Origin: a virus
Taxonomy: Duplodnaviria; Caudoviricetes
Length of the DNA: 64,000 bases
Direction: 5' to 3' (one strand)
Virus record (IMG/VR): IMGVR_UViG_3300025030_000013
Coordinates: 1,757 to 65,756 of that record
Shown here: positions 39,035-49,147 of the stretch, one piece after another
Layout: each line of letters begins with the position of its first letter
Numbering within the stretch: the first letter of the stretch is position 1
Translations under genes and position numbers: made by a program
The notes under the pieces: model-generated
The model's input: the letters and a program-made list of their open reading frames with translations, nothing else
What the model was told of the DNA's origin: nothing
The model's database searches: none

Positions 39035-39213
39035 CCTAGAAAGCAGGTAATTACGTGAGGAAAGACCAGAAAAGGCGTTTATCTTATCAAGAAGCCCAAC
39101 GCATCAACTCTAAGTCAATTCCAAACTTTAAGGATGTTCTGAATCCGGTGCAGTTAACTGAGGGGCAGTTGAAAGTCTTTACATCCAAACTTATTAAGTA
39201 GGGAGGATTCTTT

Positions 39214-39453
39214 ATGGTTAAACAAGCAACGCAGATTTGTATGTGTGGTGAAATTGTTAACCTATCTGACGGTGAAGTTAAGATAACCTGCTCATGCGGT
39301 AGAACTTGGGAAATTAGTACAGAAGGAGTGCTGTTAACTAATCTAATGTTTCCGTTTTGTCAGAGAGAATGTTCTAGGCGGGAGAATGTTCCTATTGTGG
39401 CAAAGCGTGAGCGTCCAAGGAATAAGAGGAAGAGGAGGGCGTTGAAATGCTAA
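39214..39453 (+). CDS. Cys-rich hypothetical protein
   Basis: CMCG..CSCG; RBS GGGAGG. Confidence 0.55.
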   Translation: MVKQATQICMCGEIVNLSDGEVKITCSCGRTWEISTEGVLLTNLMFPFCQRECSRRENVPIVAKRERPRNKRKRRALKC

Positions 39454-39758
39454 AGAAATTCGCCAAAGCCATCGGCTACCAAGCATCAAAAATAGGTTGG
39501 ATCAATCGTGAAATACAAGCCTATAAGATCGAGCAGGAGAAGAAGGTTATTGAGGAACGTATAAAGCGCAATAAGGCTGATTTTACCGAGTTAATGCGGT
39601 GTGGTAATACTGTTCGCGGTGAGGATAAGGAAGATGGCAGGATGAAGGCTGTAGTGGTGGATTATGTTGGCAGGGGGATAGTTGGGGAGCCGTTTAAACC
39701 GGTGTTTTCAAGAGAAGACTGCTTGGCATGGGGAGAAAAGGTTGGGGATAGGTATTGA
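39447..39758 (+). CDS. hypothetical protein
   Basis: Overlapping operon ORF. Confidence 0.55.
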   Translation: MLKKFAKAIGYQASKIGWINREIQAYKIEQEKKVIEERIKRNKADFTELMRCGNTVRGEDKEDGRMKAVVVDYVGRGIVGEPFKPVFSREDCLAWGEKVGDRY

Positions 39759-40342
39759 GAGTGTTAGTGGCGTGTGAATACTCAGGAACAGTTAGGGATG
39801 CATTTAGAAAAAAGGGTCATGATGCCTGGAGCTGTGACATATTGCCGACAGATTCAGATCCTGCCTATCATTTTAAGAAAGACATTTCAGAAGTATTGAC
39901 CATGGATTGGGACTTAATGGTTGCTCATCCACCATGCACCTACTTAACAAATAGCGGGGTTATGTGGCTCCATAAGGATCAAAAACGCTGGGATCTGTTA
40001 TCTAAAGGCATAGATTTTTTCAAATTATTTATTGATTCCGATATACCCAAGGTAGCTATCGAGAACCCCATCCCTCATAAATACGCTAGGGATGAGATCG
40101 GTAAATACACTCAGATAATTCATCCCTACATGTTCGGACATATGGAGCGTAAAGCAACTTGTTTGTGGCTGAAAGGTCTTCCGCTACTTGAGTCAACTAA
40201 TCTAGTTAAGGAAGAAATGGAAAAACTTCCAAAGAACCAGCAACAACGGTTGCATTATCTGCCGCCAAGTCCTGAAAGGGCAAAATTGCGTTCAAAAACA
40301 TTCCAAGGAATAGCAGATGCTATGGCTGACCAATGGGGCTAA
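39755..40342 (+). CDS. short C5-cytosine DNA methyltransferase-like protein
   Basis: VLVACEYSG, SCD, AHPPCTYL, IENP, RSKTF.GIA.AMA.QWG. Confidence 0.75.
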   Translation: MRVLVACEYSGTVRDAFRKKGHDAWSCDILPTDSDPAYHFKKDISEVLTMDWDLMVAHPPCTYLTNSGVMWLHKDQKRWDLLSKGIDFFKLFIDSDIPKVAIENPIPHKYARDEIGKYTQIIHPYMFGHMERKATCLWLKGLPLLESTNLVKEEMEKLPKNQQQRLHYLPPSPERAKLRSKTFQGIADAMADQWG

Positions 40343-40369
40343 AGACTCACATAGAAAGGAGCAACCATC

Positions 40370-40783
40370 ATGAGAAAATTAACCACAACCGAACTCCTAG
40401 CCATCCAAAACCTAGAGGACAGCTCGCTTATCGAGCAATGGTCAATTGACGGTCACTCCAACGCACTAAGACGCGTCACGGTCATATCCAAGGTTAATGC
40501 CGATTGGGACGAGATAGATGTCTTACTAAATGCAATATTCCCTGAATTAGAATATCGAGGCAAGGCAGGGATTAGCGTCAAGGATGGTGTTATTTATGAG
40601 TGTTTTTCGATAGATGTGGATGGGGAGACGCTGATTAATTTAGTGATAAAGAAGACGATTGAGCAAAAAGAAGGGACTTCCGCGCTAACAGAAGTCCGGG
40701 ATGGAAAGATTACTACTCACCATAATTGTATCACGAATCAATCAAAATCAGAACTACGTGGGCCGTGTGAATCTTTTGTTTAA
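40370..40783 (+). CDS. hypothetical protein
   Basis: RBS AAAGGAG. Confidence 0.55.
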   Translation: MRKLTTTELLAIQNLEDSSLIEQWSIDGHSNALRRVTVISKVNADWDEIDVLLNAIFPELEYRGKAGISVKDGVIYECFSIDVDGETLINLVIKKTIEQKEGTSALTEVRDGKITTHHNCITNQSKSELRGPCESFV

Positions 40784-40809
40784 GGTAAATTAAGGGAGGT
40801 AATTAAAGA

Positions 40810-41694
40810 ATGAAAGCTAAAACAATCAAAGCAGTTCTAACTAAAAAACATAAGGATTTCGTTGCAACTATCCAAGATGAGGAAGTTCGCAAGCTAGTTG
40901 ATAAAAACTCTATCATCACAGGCGGTTCAATCGTTTCGATGTTGCTCGGGGAAGATGTTAATGATTTCGACTACTACTTCACCGATCAGAACACTTGTGA
41001 AAAAGTGGCCCACTACTTCGCTAAACAATTCAACCAATTAACGGGAAAATCAGTCGAGGTTCAAACCATGGGAAACGGCAGAGTAAGGGTATTTATTAAG
41101 AGTGCAGGGGTTGCGGAGGATGAGACAGTCGAGAAATCAACCACAGAGTTTGACGATAAAGGTTTAGAAAGCTTAGGACTCAAGGAATTAACGGAAATAA
41201 AGGCTGAGGAAAAGCCTGAATATAGACCAGTTTTTCTTTCCTCGAATGCCATAACTTTAACAAACAAAGTGCAGTTAATAATTCGCTTCTACGGTGAAGC
41301 TGAGGAAATTCACAGCAACTATGATTTTGTCCATGCAACTTGCTACTGGGAATCAAAGAACGGGAACCTCACTCTCCCTGCGAAAGCACTCGAAGCTATT
41401 TTAACGAAAGAGCTTATTTATCAGGGTAGCAAGTATCCATTGGCTTCGATTATGCGGACAAAAAAGTTTGTTCAGCGAGGATGGTCAATAAATGCAGGGC
41501 AATTTCTAAAAATGGCATTGCAGCTTAATCCAATGGATTTACTAGATGCAAATGTACTAGAGGAACAATTGACCGGGGTTGATTTGGCATACTTCGCAAT
41601 TATTATAGATGGGATCAAAGAAAAACATGAGAACGATCAAGAGTTCAAACTGGATAATAACTACTTGTTTGAGGTAATTAATAGGATATTTTAA
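40810..41694 (+). CDS. Pol-beta-superfamily nucleotidyltransferase-like protein
   Basis: IITGGSIVSML....NDFDYYF (GG..D.D), QLI, YDFVH, R..KF.QRGW. Confidence 0.65.
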   Translation: MKAKTIKAVLTKKHKDFVATIQDEEVRKLVDKNSIITGGSIVSMLLGEDVNDFDYYFTDQNTCEKVAHYFAKQFNQLTGKSVEVQTMGNGRVRVFIKSAGVAEDETVEKSTTEFDDKGLESLGLKELTEIKAEEKPEYRPVFLSSNAITLTNKVQLIIRFYGEAEEIHSNYDFVHATCYWESKNGNLTLPAKALEAILTKELIYQGSKYPLASIMRTKKFVQRGWSINAGQFLKMALQLNPMDLLDANVLEEQLTGVDLAYFAIIIDGIKEKHENDQEFKLDNNYLFEVINRIF

Positions 41695-41738
41695 GCGCAT
41701 CGTCATTGGGAATTTGAGAAGAAGGAAGAGGAATAAGA

Positions 41739-43742
41739 ATGAAAATTATTAAACTTCAATCGTTATCTCTTAAAAACTTCAAGGGGGTAGAGGATTTTAC
41801 CCTTGAATTAAACGGTAAAAGCGCTGACATTTTCGGTAAAAATGCAACAGGGAAAAGTACACTTTTTGACTCTAGCCAGTGGCTTCTTTTTGGGAAAGAT
41901 TCATCAGGTAGAACGGATTACCAGGTAAAACCGCAGGATGAGGATGGAAACGAGATCCATCGCTTGGATTGCATTGTCGAAGGGGTTTTCCTTGTCGATA
42001 ATAATAAGCTCAAGCTCAAGCGTCAACTCTCTGAAAAATGGGTGAAGAAACAGGGAACCCAAGTGAAAGAGTTTACTGGCAATGAAACTAAATATTGGGT
42101 CAACGATGTCCCGGTAAAAGCCAAAGACTATACTCTTGAAATCAACATGCTCATAAAGGAAAATATCTTCAAACTCCTGACAAATCCCCTCTTTTTTAAT
42201 ACCAATGAGAAGGGATTTGGATGGCAGGAACGGAGAAAGATTCTGTTTGAGATATGCGGTGATGTGTCGGATTCGGACGTTATTGATTCGCTAGTTTCCG
42301 TAGGCGACAAAAGTATGTTGGATTTACAAATGGTCATTAACTCCGGCAGGACAATTGAACAACACAAATTAGTAGTTTCGGAGAAGATTAAAAGCACTAA
42401 ATCCCAAATGGATGGGATACCATCACGGATCAATGAGCAACAACGAAATATCACAGAAGATGTCACTGACTACACAGCAATAGAAACCTCGCTACAAGCC
42501 CATAGAGACACTTTGCAAGCGATTGAATTAGAACTAGCTACTAACGCCAAGGGAGCTAGTTTATACCGCCAGAAACAGCAACAGGCGTATAAGTTGCAGG
42601 GCGAATTGGATGCTCGAAAAAAGGATCTCGATAACTACTCTTTGTCTGGACTAAAAAAGGCAATTGAGGAAAAATCGCAACTCGAAGGTGAGAGATACCT
42701 TATATCCACAGAGGTTAAGAAGTTGGGTTCTAATTACGAATTAAGGTCCATGGAGCTAGAAAATATAGAAAAGTCAATTATCGAACTCCGTAAAACATGG
42801 GCAGAGGAAAACGCCAAACAATTCATTGCCCCTGATGGGTTTAGCTGCCCAACTTGCGAACAATCACTACCCGAAGGTAAGGCGCAAGAGAAGATTGATA
42901 AGTTAAAGGAAAACTTTGACAAGAATAAAAATCAGGTTATCTCCGGTGTTCGTAAACAGGGTACAGATGCAGGAAGTAGAGCTGAAGTCCTTAATAAAGA
43001 GAAAACGTTAGATGCTGAGATTTTAACCAAACACGAAACTAGATTAACTCAAATATACGAGAGAATTGTCGAGTTAGAAAATGACATAGAGCGCGAGAAA
43101 ACTGAACACGGCAACGGATACAACTATTCTCTTGATTTGAAATATTCAAGTCTGACTGACGAACTCCAAGCCTTGCAAGTCGAACTTGACAAGCCTATCG
43201 AAGATACAACTTCCGACCTTCTGTATAAAAAGCAAGAAACAGCTTCCTTAATCGAATGGCTAAACAGAACACTCAACCAAAAGGAAGTTATCGAAAAAGC
43301 AAAACTTCGTATCGAAGAACTCAAGGCAGAAGAAAGCAAATTAGCTGCCGAAATAAACAGCTATGAGCGTCAAGACTATCTAATTAAGCAATTCACAACT
43401 GCAAAGGTCAAGATACTTGAGGATTCGATTAACAACCGGTTTAAGACGGTTAAATTCAAGCTATTCGACACGCTGAATGATGGGACGGAAAAAGAAGTCT
43501 GCCGTACGTTAGTTAATACGAATGGCGTTTGGGTTGAATTTGATGGGGCGAATAACGGTGGCAAAATTATAGCTGGTCTTTCCATCATTGAAATGTTGTC
43601 GGAGTTTTACGGGGTATCATGCCCGATTTTCATTGATAATTTTGAGTCGATCACGGGTACTGTGGATGTAAACTCGCAAGTTATTAAGCTCATTGTGAGT
43701 GCGGAAGATGAAAAATTAAGAGTAGTGGGGAATAAAGCATGA
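41739..43742 (+). CDS. SMC/SbcC-like AAA ATPase
   Basis: LKNFKG, GKNATGKST, coiled coil with CPTC hook, IFIDNFE. Confidence 0.85.
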   Translation: MKIIKLQSLSLKNFKGVEDFTLELNGKSADIFGKNATGKSTLFDSSQWLLFGKDSSGRTDYQVKPQDEDGNEIHRLDCIVEGVFLVDNNKLKLKRQLSEKWVKKQGTQVKEFTGNETKYWVNDVPVKAKDYTLEINMLIKENIFKLLTNPLFFNTNEKGFGWQERRKILFEICGDVSDSDVIDSLVSVGDKSMLDLQMVINSGRTIEQHKLVVSEKIKSTKSQMDGIPSRINEQQRNITEDVTDYTAIETSLQAHRDTLQAIELELATNAKGASLYRQKQQQAYKLQGELDARKKDLDNYSLSGLKKAIEEKSQLEGERYLISTEVKKLGSNYELRSMELENIEKSIIELRKTWAEENAKQFIAPDGFSCPTCEQSLPEGKAQEKIDKLKENFDKNKNQVISGVRKQGTDAGSRAEVLNKEKTLDAEILTKHETRLTQIYERIVELENDIEREKTEHGNGYNYSLDLKYSSLTDELQALQVELDKPIEDTTSDLLYKKQETASLIEWLNRTLNQKEVIEKAKLRIEELKAEESKLAAEINSYERQDYLIKQFTTAKVKILEDSINNRFKTVKFKLFDTLNDGTEKEVCRTLVNTNGVWVEFDGANNGGKIIAGLSIIEMLSEFYGVSCPIFIDNFESITGTVDVNSQVIKLIVSAEDEKLRVVGNKA

Positions 43743-44746
43743 CAACAGATATAGCGATAAAGGAACAAACCATGGCAGAACGATTTATGGGCAAGGTAAC
43801 GGAATTATTTAAAGGAAGCGTAGGGGAGATTGTCCTAACTAATTTCCAAAAACGTCTGATCCAAAACTATTTCATCGTTGCCGATATGACCCTTAAAACT
43901 GCTGAAGAGAAGCGTAAAAAGAAAACCAAGAACCAGGACCCCTTGCCTGTTGTTTGGGCAAATATCGATATGGAGGAACTTTCCCAAAGCGTTGTAGCGG
44001 CCGCGAGGATTGGTTGGGACCCGCAACAGGACAACCATGTCAGTCTTATCCCATTTAAGAAGAATGGCGTGGCTAAATATGGATTAACCTTTATGCCTGG
44101 GTATCGAGGAATTGAACTAAAGGCAGTTAAATACGGCCTAGATGCTCCAAATGTTATTGTTGAACTCGTTTACTCTACCGACAAATTCAAATCTATCAAA
44201 AAGAGTCACACCAATAAGGTTGAGTTTTATGAGTTTGAGATTACCAACGACTTTGACCGGGGCCAGTTAGTGGGTGGGTTTTATTACCACTCATTCCCTG
44301 ATAATCCAGAGAAAAATAAGCTTGTTGTTTTATCGATAAAGGACATCGAAAAAAGAAAGCCCAAATATGCCTCAGTTGAGTTTTGGGGTGGGGAAAAGGA
44401 CGTTTGGGATAACGGTAAAAAAGTCGGCAGGGAAACCATAGAGGGATGGCACGACAAGATGTGCTATAAGACAATTTACCGGGCCGCCTATAAAGACATC
44501 ACAATCGACAGCCAAAAGATTGATGACGATTATATGCGACTAAATCAACTTGAAAACGAATTCAAAGAGGCCGAAGTAGAACAAACGATTGTGGAAAACG
44601 CTAACAATGGCAATGTTGTTGATATCGTATCCGAAGACGTTCCGAACGACCACGGAACAGAAGAAGGGATTACGGATGCCGAGATAGTTGAAATGGACAA
44701 GCTGGCCGAGGAATTGAATGGTCAGCCCGTAGGCCCTGGTTTTTAG
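43739..44746 (+). CDS. RecT-like ssDNA annealing protein
   Basis: LIPFK, GYRGI, ELVYSTDKF, MCYKT; sits in ATPase-RecT-MBL triad. Confidence 0.75.
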   Translation: MTTDIAIKEQTMAERFMGKVTELFKGSVGEIVLTNFQKRLIQNYFIVADMTLKTAEEKRKKKTKNQDPLPVVWANIDMEELSQSVVAAARIGWDPQQDNHVSLIPFKKNGVAKYGLTFMPGYRGIELKAVKYGLDAPNVIVELVYSTDKFKSIKKSHTNKVEFYEFEITNDFDRGQLVGGFYYHSFPDNPEKNKLVVLSIKDIEKRKPKYASVEFWGGEKDVWDNGKKVGRETIEGWHDKMCYKTIYRAAYKDITIDSQKIDDDYMRLNQLENEFKEAEVEQTIVENANNGNVVDIVSEDVPNDHGTEEGITDAEIVEMDKLAEELNGQPVGPGF

Positions 44747-44749
44747 GGC

Positions 44750-45490
44750 ATGAACTTAAAAGTTTTAGGTAGTAATTCGTCCGGTAATTGCTACCTCCTG
44801 CAGACAGAAACGGATACCTTGATTCTGGATTGCGGTGTTAGATACAAGGATATTCAGGTAGCATTGAATTTCGATTCATCAGGGGTTGCTGGGTGCATTG
44901 TCACCCATCGACATTCTGACCACCTAAGAGCGGCTAACGACATCATGAAGGCGGGGATTGAAGTCTATGCTCCGATTGACTGCGCGGAGCTTGTGGACGA
45001 ATCCATGAAGCACAGATTCCATCCGGTCGATGTCGGAAAGCAATTTACAATAGGTGATTTCATTGTCCTTCCTGTCGAAGCACAACATGACGTTCCCTGT
45101 GTATCATTCTTAATCGTTTACAGGCCCACAGGGGAAAGATTGCTTTATACCACTGATACATTTTACCTAAAGAATCGCTTCAATTCGTTAGATTGGATCC
45201 TTATCGAATCGAACTACTGCAAGGATACCCTCGACGAAAACATAGCAAATGGAGTCATCCCGCGCGAAATGAAAAACCGTCTATTGGAAAGCCATTTTTC
45301 ACTCGAACATGTCAAAGAGTTTTTATCTGCTAATGATTTGTCAAAGGTCAAGAAAATAGTTTTACTTCATTTATCCTCAGTTAACTCGGACGCAGAAAGA
45401 ATGGTCAGGGAAATAACGGAGTTAACGGGTAAGGATACGGAGATTGCTGAAGCTGGGAAAAATATACCACTCGAATTATATCCTTTTTAG
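44750..45490 (+). CDS. MBL-fold metallo-hydrolase (exonuclease partner)
   Basis: GSNSSGNCY, THRHSDH, HDV, TDT, ESNY, HLS. Confidence 0.85.
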   Translation: MNLKVLGSNSSGNCYLLQTETDTLILDCGVRYKDIQVALNFDSSGVAGCIVTHRHSDHLRAANDIMKAGIEVYAPIDCAELVDESMKHRFHPVDVGKQFTIGDFIVLPVEAQHDVPCVSFLIVYRPTGERLLYTTDTFYLKNRFNSLDWILIESNYCKDTLDENIANGVIPREMKNRLLESHFSLEHVKEFLSANDLSKVKKIVLLHLSSVNSDAERMVREITELTGKDTEIAEAGKNIPLELYPF

Positions 45491-45537
45491 TAAATAGAAC
45501 GGGCAGCTAACCACTGCCCACCAAAGGAGGAAGAAAA

Positions 45538-45759
45538 ATGCAAAACACAGCAACAGAAATAGACCCCATCCTATTCACAGAACTCTACATGTCCGGCCTA
45601 AACGACATCGAAGTCGGCAAAATCATAGGCTGCGGTAAATCCCGGATTCAGAAAGAGCGCAACGAGTTAGACTTACCGCCGAACAAGGATATTTTTGCAT
45701 GGCAAAAGGGTCTAGATAATGCCGAATTAGCGAAGATACCTGCTAAATATCGGAGGTAG
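45538..45759 (+). CDS. small HTH protein
   Basis: LYMSGLNDIEVGKIIGC; related to 50981..51346. Confidence 0.6.
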   Translation: MQNTATEIDPILFTELYMSGLNDIEVGKIIGCGKSRIQKERNELDLPPNKDIFAWQKGLDNAELAKIPAKYRR

Positions 45760-45761
45760 TT

Positions 45762-46229
45762 ATGGCTTATCAGTATTGGATAACTCCCGAACATTACTCT
45801 ATAGCAGAAGAAAATGGCATAAGTGCAAACACTCTAGAAAAGAGAGTTCGGGACAGAGCGTGGCCGATAAAAGAAGCCATAACTATACCACCAATAATGC
45901 GTAATAAGTACACAGAATGGGTTGAATTAGCCAAGAAAAACGGAATAGGCAAGAGGACATTCGAGACAAGGATTTACAGGCATGGATGGACACCTGAGAA
46001 GGCAGCAACTCAACCTGTACTTGATCCAAGGAACAACATGAAAGTGGTCGGAGAAGCAAATCGAAAGCATCAGAAAAAATATGAGGAATTGGCACTCAGG
46101 AACGGTATTTGTCGCAGAACTTTTTTAAGCAGAGTGCTTAGGAAATGGAGTCTTGAGGATGCGGCGACTAGGCCGATTGAAACTAATCGTTGGCATAGCG
46201 ATAAAAAGAAGGAGATGGAGAAGAAGTGA
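45762..46229 (+). CDS. repeat HTH-like phage protein (paralog of 50534..50968)
   Basis: Three A..NGI...TF..R....W..E.AAT.P repeats. Confidence 0.65.
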   Translation: MAYQYWITPEHYSIAEENGISANTLEKRVRDRAWPIKEAITIPPIMRNKYTEWVELAKKNGIGKRTFETRIYRHGWTPEKAATQPVLDPRNNMKVVGEANRKHQKKYEELALRNGICRRTFLSRVLRKWSLEDAATRPIETNRWHSDKKKEMEKK

Positions 46230-46489
46230 AGCCAATAGGAATCTCAGTAACAATGGACTCTTTCGGGAGGATTACGATACCCAAGCCATTGCGGTTAACG
46301 ATGGGATATGACACTACGACACCGCTAGAAATGGTGTTAGATGGAAAAGGTTTGAGGATACAGAAGTACTCGAAAGAGTGTATGTTCTGCGGGTCTGATA
46401 TTAAGGTTGTCGCGTGGCATGGGGATATGGTTTGCAGAGCATGTTCCTCTGATATTTTGGCGAAGAGTGTGAAGGAGGGCGTTGAGTGA
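46226..46489 (+). CDS. AbrB/MazE/SpoVT-family regulator
   Basis: MDSFGRITIPKPLR...PLE...IQKY..CMFCG. Confidence 0.8.
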   Translation: MKPIGISVTMDSFGRITIPKPLRLTMGYDTTTPLEMVLDGKGLRIQKYSKECMFCGSDIKVVAWHGDMVCRACSSDILAKSVKEGVE

Positions 46490-46800
46490 TGAAGACGGGT
46501 GAAATGTATACATATGCGTTAGTTAATCCTAATGCTAAATTTTATAGAACCAACTTAAATAATGCTGTTTATAAATTCCTTGATGGGCACTTAGTTTATT
46601 CCGATAACGATAAGTTTTCATGTGAAGTTCCGAAACTTGATGAAGATTGGGAATTAGTTCGTGATGAAGTAAATTTCATGACCGCGGTGAATAGTGGGAA
46701 GAGGATAAGGCCAGTAGATCATACTATTGACAGTTTCCTTAGATTCACGGAATGGGATCTCAGCCTTAAAATGATCAACGGCCTATGGCTAGTCGAGTAG
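46486..46800 (+). CDS. hypothetical protein
   Basis: Operon ORF with RBS. Confidence 0.55.
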   Translation: MMKTGEMYTYALVNPNAKFYRTNLNNAVYKFLDGHLVYSDNDKFSCEVPKLDEDWELVRDEVNFMTAVNSGKRIRPVDHTIDSFLRFTEWDLSLKMINGLWLVE

Positions 46801-46825
46801 TCCATGCAAAGAAATAAGGCAGAGA

Positions 46826-47002
46826 TTAATCCTCTCTGCCGACTGAATACTTATAATGCTCATCCAGTACCTTCTTGATAAACTCCCTAATCACTAACCC
46901 CCTGGAATCTAGGGTGCCAATTTCCTTTCGATATTGATCTATCTCTTTTAATTGCGTAGGCGAAATCATCAGATTAAAGCGAACGAGTTTTTCCTTTTCC
47001 AT
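46826..47002 (-). CDS. ribbon-helix-helix regulator (not in ORF track)
   Basis: VRFNLMISPTQLKEIDQYR....SRGLVIREFI; RBS AGGAGGGG. Confidence 0.65.
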   Translation of the reverse strand: MEKEKLVRFNLMISPTQLKEIDQYRKEIGTLDSRGLVIREFIKKVLDEHYKYSVGRED

Positions 47003-47207
47003 AGTATCCCCTCCTGAAATATATTGTACCAGATAGGTATAGTATGGTCAACTTGGCCCCGTTGTATACGTTGGTTTATATGGACAACATGGTCATGTTT
47101 ATGGTATACTATTAATATAGGAAGGAACGAGGTGAAAGTAAGTAATTGGGGAACACAAGAAGTCCTTGCCGCCATGAATTAAAGCAATCGCAAATTAAAA
47201 ATAAGGA

Positions 47208-47603
47208 GTGAGAACATTGTCAAAAACTATAGAAAAAAGCGTTCTTGAAATGGCAAAGGGTGCATTAATCGAACAATTTAATACTGAGTTCGTGAAGATA
47301 GGTTCTAATATCCTCGACCCGAATACGGATGCTACTAAGGCCCGTAAAATTACCCTGACATTAACCTTTAAACCTGATGAGAACCGTGAATTTATTGGGT
47401 GGGAAGCTCAAGCCAAATCTACCCTTGCACCCGTCACGCCGATTGCAACAAGGTTCTTTTTGGGCACAGATAAAGACGGAATTCCTGTCGCCACGGAAAT
47501 CGTTCGCGATGATCCGAACCAAGTCCATATTTTCGATGAACCGGAAGACGGTCAACCTGAAGCTCAAGACCCAAAAGTATTAAAATTCGGGAGCGTGAAA
47601 TAA
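47208..47603 (+). CDS. conserved phage protein (often annotated replication terminator-like)
   Basis: GALIEQFN.E......NILDPNTDATKARKITLTL. Confidence 0.7.
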   Translation: MRTLSKTIEKSVLEMAKGALIEQFNTEFVKIGSNILDPNTDATKARKITLTLTFKPDENREFIGWEAQAKSTLAPVTPIATRFFLGTDKDGIPVATEIVRDDPNQVHIFDEPEDGQPEAQDPKVLKFGSVK

Positions 47604-48317
47604 ATGATTGAAGCAGCATTGAGATATATTAACAGTTTTCGTGATATCCAAGTCGTCCCTCACAATGGGCTCAGTTTTACAAACGACAAACTTTTTCAAC
47701 TCCCAGAAGATGTTCCGGCAGTATTTTCTACCAAAACACTCGCAAGCCTAGTTGAGTTAATACTCAAGGAACACTCTCACGACTCCCTGAATGACCTTAT
47801 CGTCCACGTTGACAGCCCAACTAAGGTAAATGTTCACACAACTCTCCGTGGACACCTTGACCGCTTTAATCTTTATACTGCAACAGCCGAGCTACCACGC
47901 ATTATCCTTGATAACTACATTGACCTCGAAGCCATGAACATCTTGCTAAAAAGTGCATTTGTGCAAAACGGGACACGGGACGAGCTTATCAAAGTTCTCG
48001 GACAAGTTGTTGAGGATGCGATAAAGACCAGCGTTGACGATGGAATGTCGCAAACAGTAACAGTTAATACCGGGGTCAGATCACTTGCTAAGATGGAAAT
48101 GCCTACAATCGTTAAACTGGCACCTTATCGAACGTTTATCGAAGTACCCCAGCCTGAAGGAGAGTTCTTACTTCGACTGAGAAAAGGACCGGAGGCGGCA
48201 TTATTTGAGGCAGACGGTGGAGCGTGGAAGATGACTGCGCGGCAGAATATAAAGCAGTATTTTGAGGTTGCGCTTGCCGGATTAATTGAGGACGGAAGGG
48301 TTATCGTTACTGAGTAG
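47604..48317 (+). CDS. conserved phage protein, partner of preceding gene
   Basis: DDGMSQTVT, LAPYRTFIEV.QP, ALFEADGGAW. Confidence 0.7.
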   Translation: MIEAALRYINSFRDIQVVPHNGLSFTNDKLFQLPEDVPAVFSTKTLASLVELILKEHSHDSLNDLIVHVDSPTKVNVHTTLRGHLDRFNLYTATAELPRIILDNYIDLEAMNILLKSAFVQNGTRDELIKVLGQVVEDAIKTSVDDGMSQTVTVNTGVRSLAKMEMPTIVKLAPYRTFIEVPQPEGEFLLRLRKGPEAALFEADGGAWKMTARQNIKQYFEVALAGLIEDGRVIVTE

Positions 48318-48369
48318 AGGCAATAAGGGGTGGTTACGGCTACCCCGTTATTTAAAGGGATGATTTAAA

Positions 48370-49143
48370 GTGGCAAAAAGAAGGGCTATTTCGCAAAAGT
48401 TGAGGTTCGAAATATTTAAACGTGACAGTTTTAAATGTCAATATTGTGGAGCATCGGCACCAGAAGTAATACTCCATGTAGATCATATGAAACCAGTTGT
48501 TAAAAACGGAACAAATGATATGACCAATTTAATCACTTCTTGTGAAGGTTGTAATTTTGGTAAGGGCAAGAGAACTTTGAATGACACAACTGCCATCGAA
48601 AAACAAAAGGCTCAATTAGACGAACTTAATGAAAGACGTTCCCAACTCGAAATGATGATGAAATGGCGCGAGGGACTTTCAAGTATTGAGGAAACTAAAT
48701 TCAAATATGCACTTGAAAAATGGTCGTATCTTGCCCATCCTTTTTCACCAACGGAAAGTGGAGAAAAGATATTAAAGATAATTATCAAGAAGTATCCACT
48801 GGAAACAGTTCTCGATGCAATAGAAACATCTACTGATCAATACTTGGAAAAAGATAAGGATGGAAAATTTACTGAAAAATCCGTCGGTAAGGCATTTGAT
48901 TATATTGAAAAAATATGCGCAAACAAGAAGAGGGAACAGGAAAAACCTTATTTAAAAGATTTGTATTACGTACGCGGTATTTTAAAAAACAGGCTTAGTT
49001 CTCTGAATATGTGGAAGACATTGGATTTACTTGAGGAAGCCTATAGTCATGGGTTTGATTTGGAGGAACTAAAGAAATTGGCAAAAGAAGTTAGGAGTTG
49101 GACAGAATTTAGGAACGCTATTGAAGACTTTATTAGTGGGTGA
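48370..49143 (+). CDS. HNH endonuclease
   Basis: RFEIFKRDSFKCQYCG...LHVDHMKPV..NL ITSCEGCN. Confidence 0.85.
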   Translation: MAKRRAISQKLRFEIFKRDSFKCQYCGASAPEVILHVDHMKPVVKNGTNDMTNLITSCEGCNFGKGKRTLNDTTAIEKQKAQLDELNERRSQLEMMMKWREGLSSIEETKFKYALEKWSYLAHPFSPTESGEKILKIIIKKYPLETVLDAIETSTDQYLEKDKDGKFTEKSVGKAFDYIEKICANKKREQEKPYLKDLYYVRGILKNRLSSLNMWKTLDLLEEAYSHGFDLEELKKLAKEVRSWTEFRNAIEDFISG

Positions 49144-49147
49144 TGTA

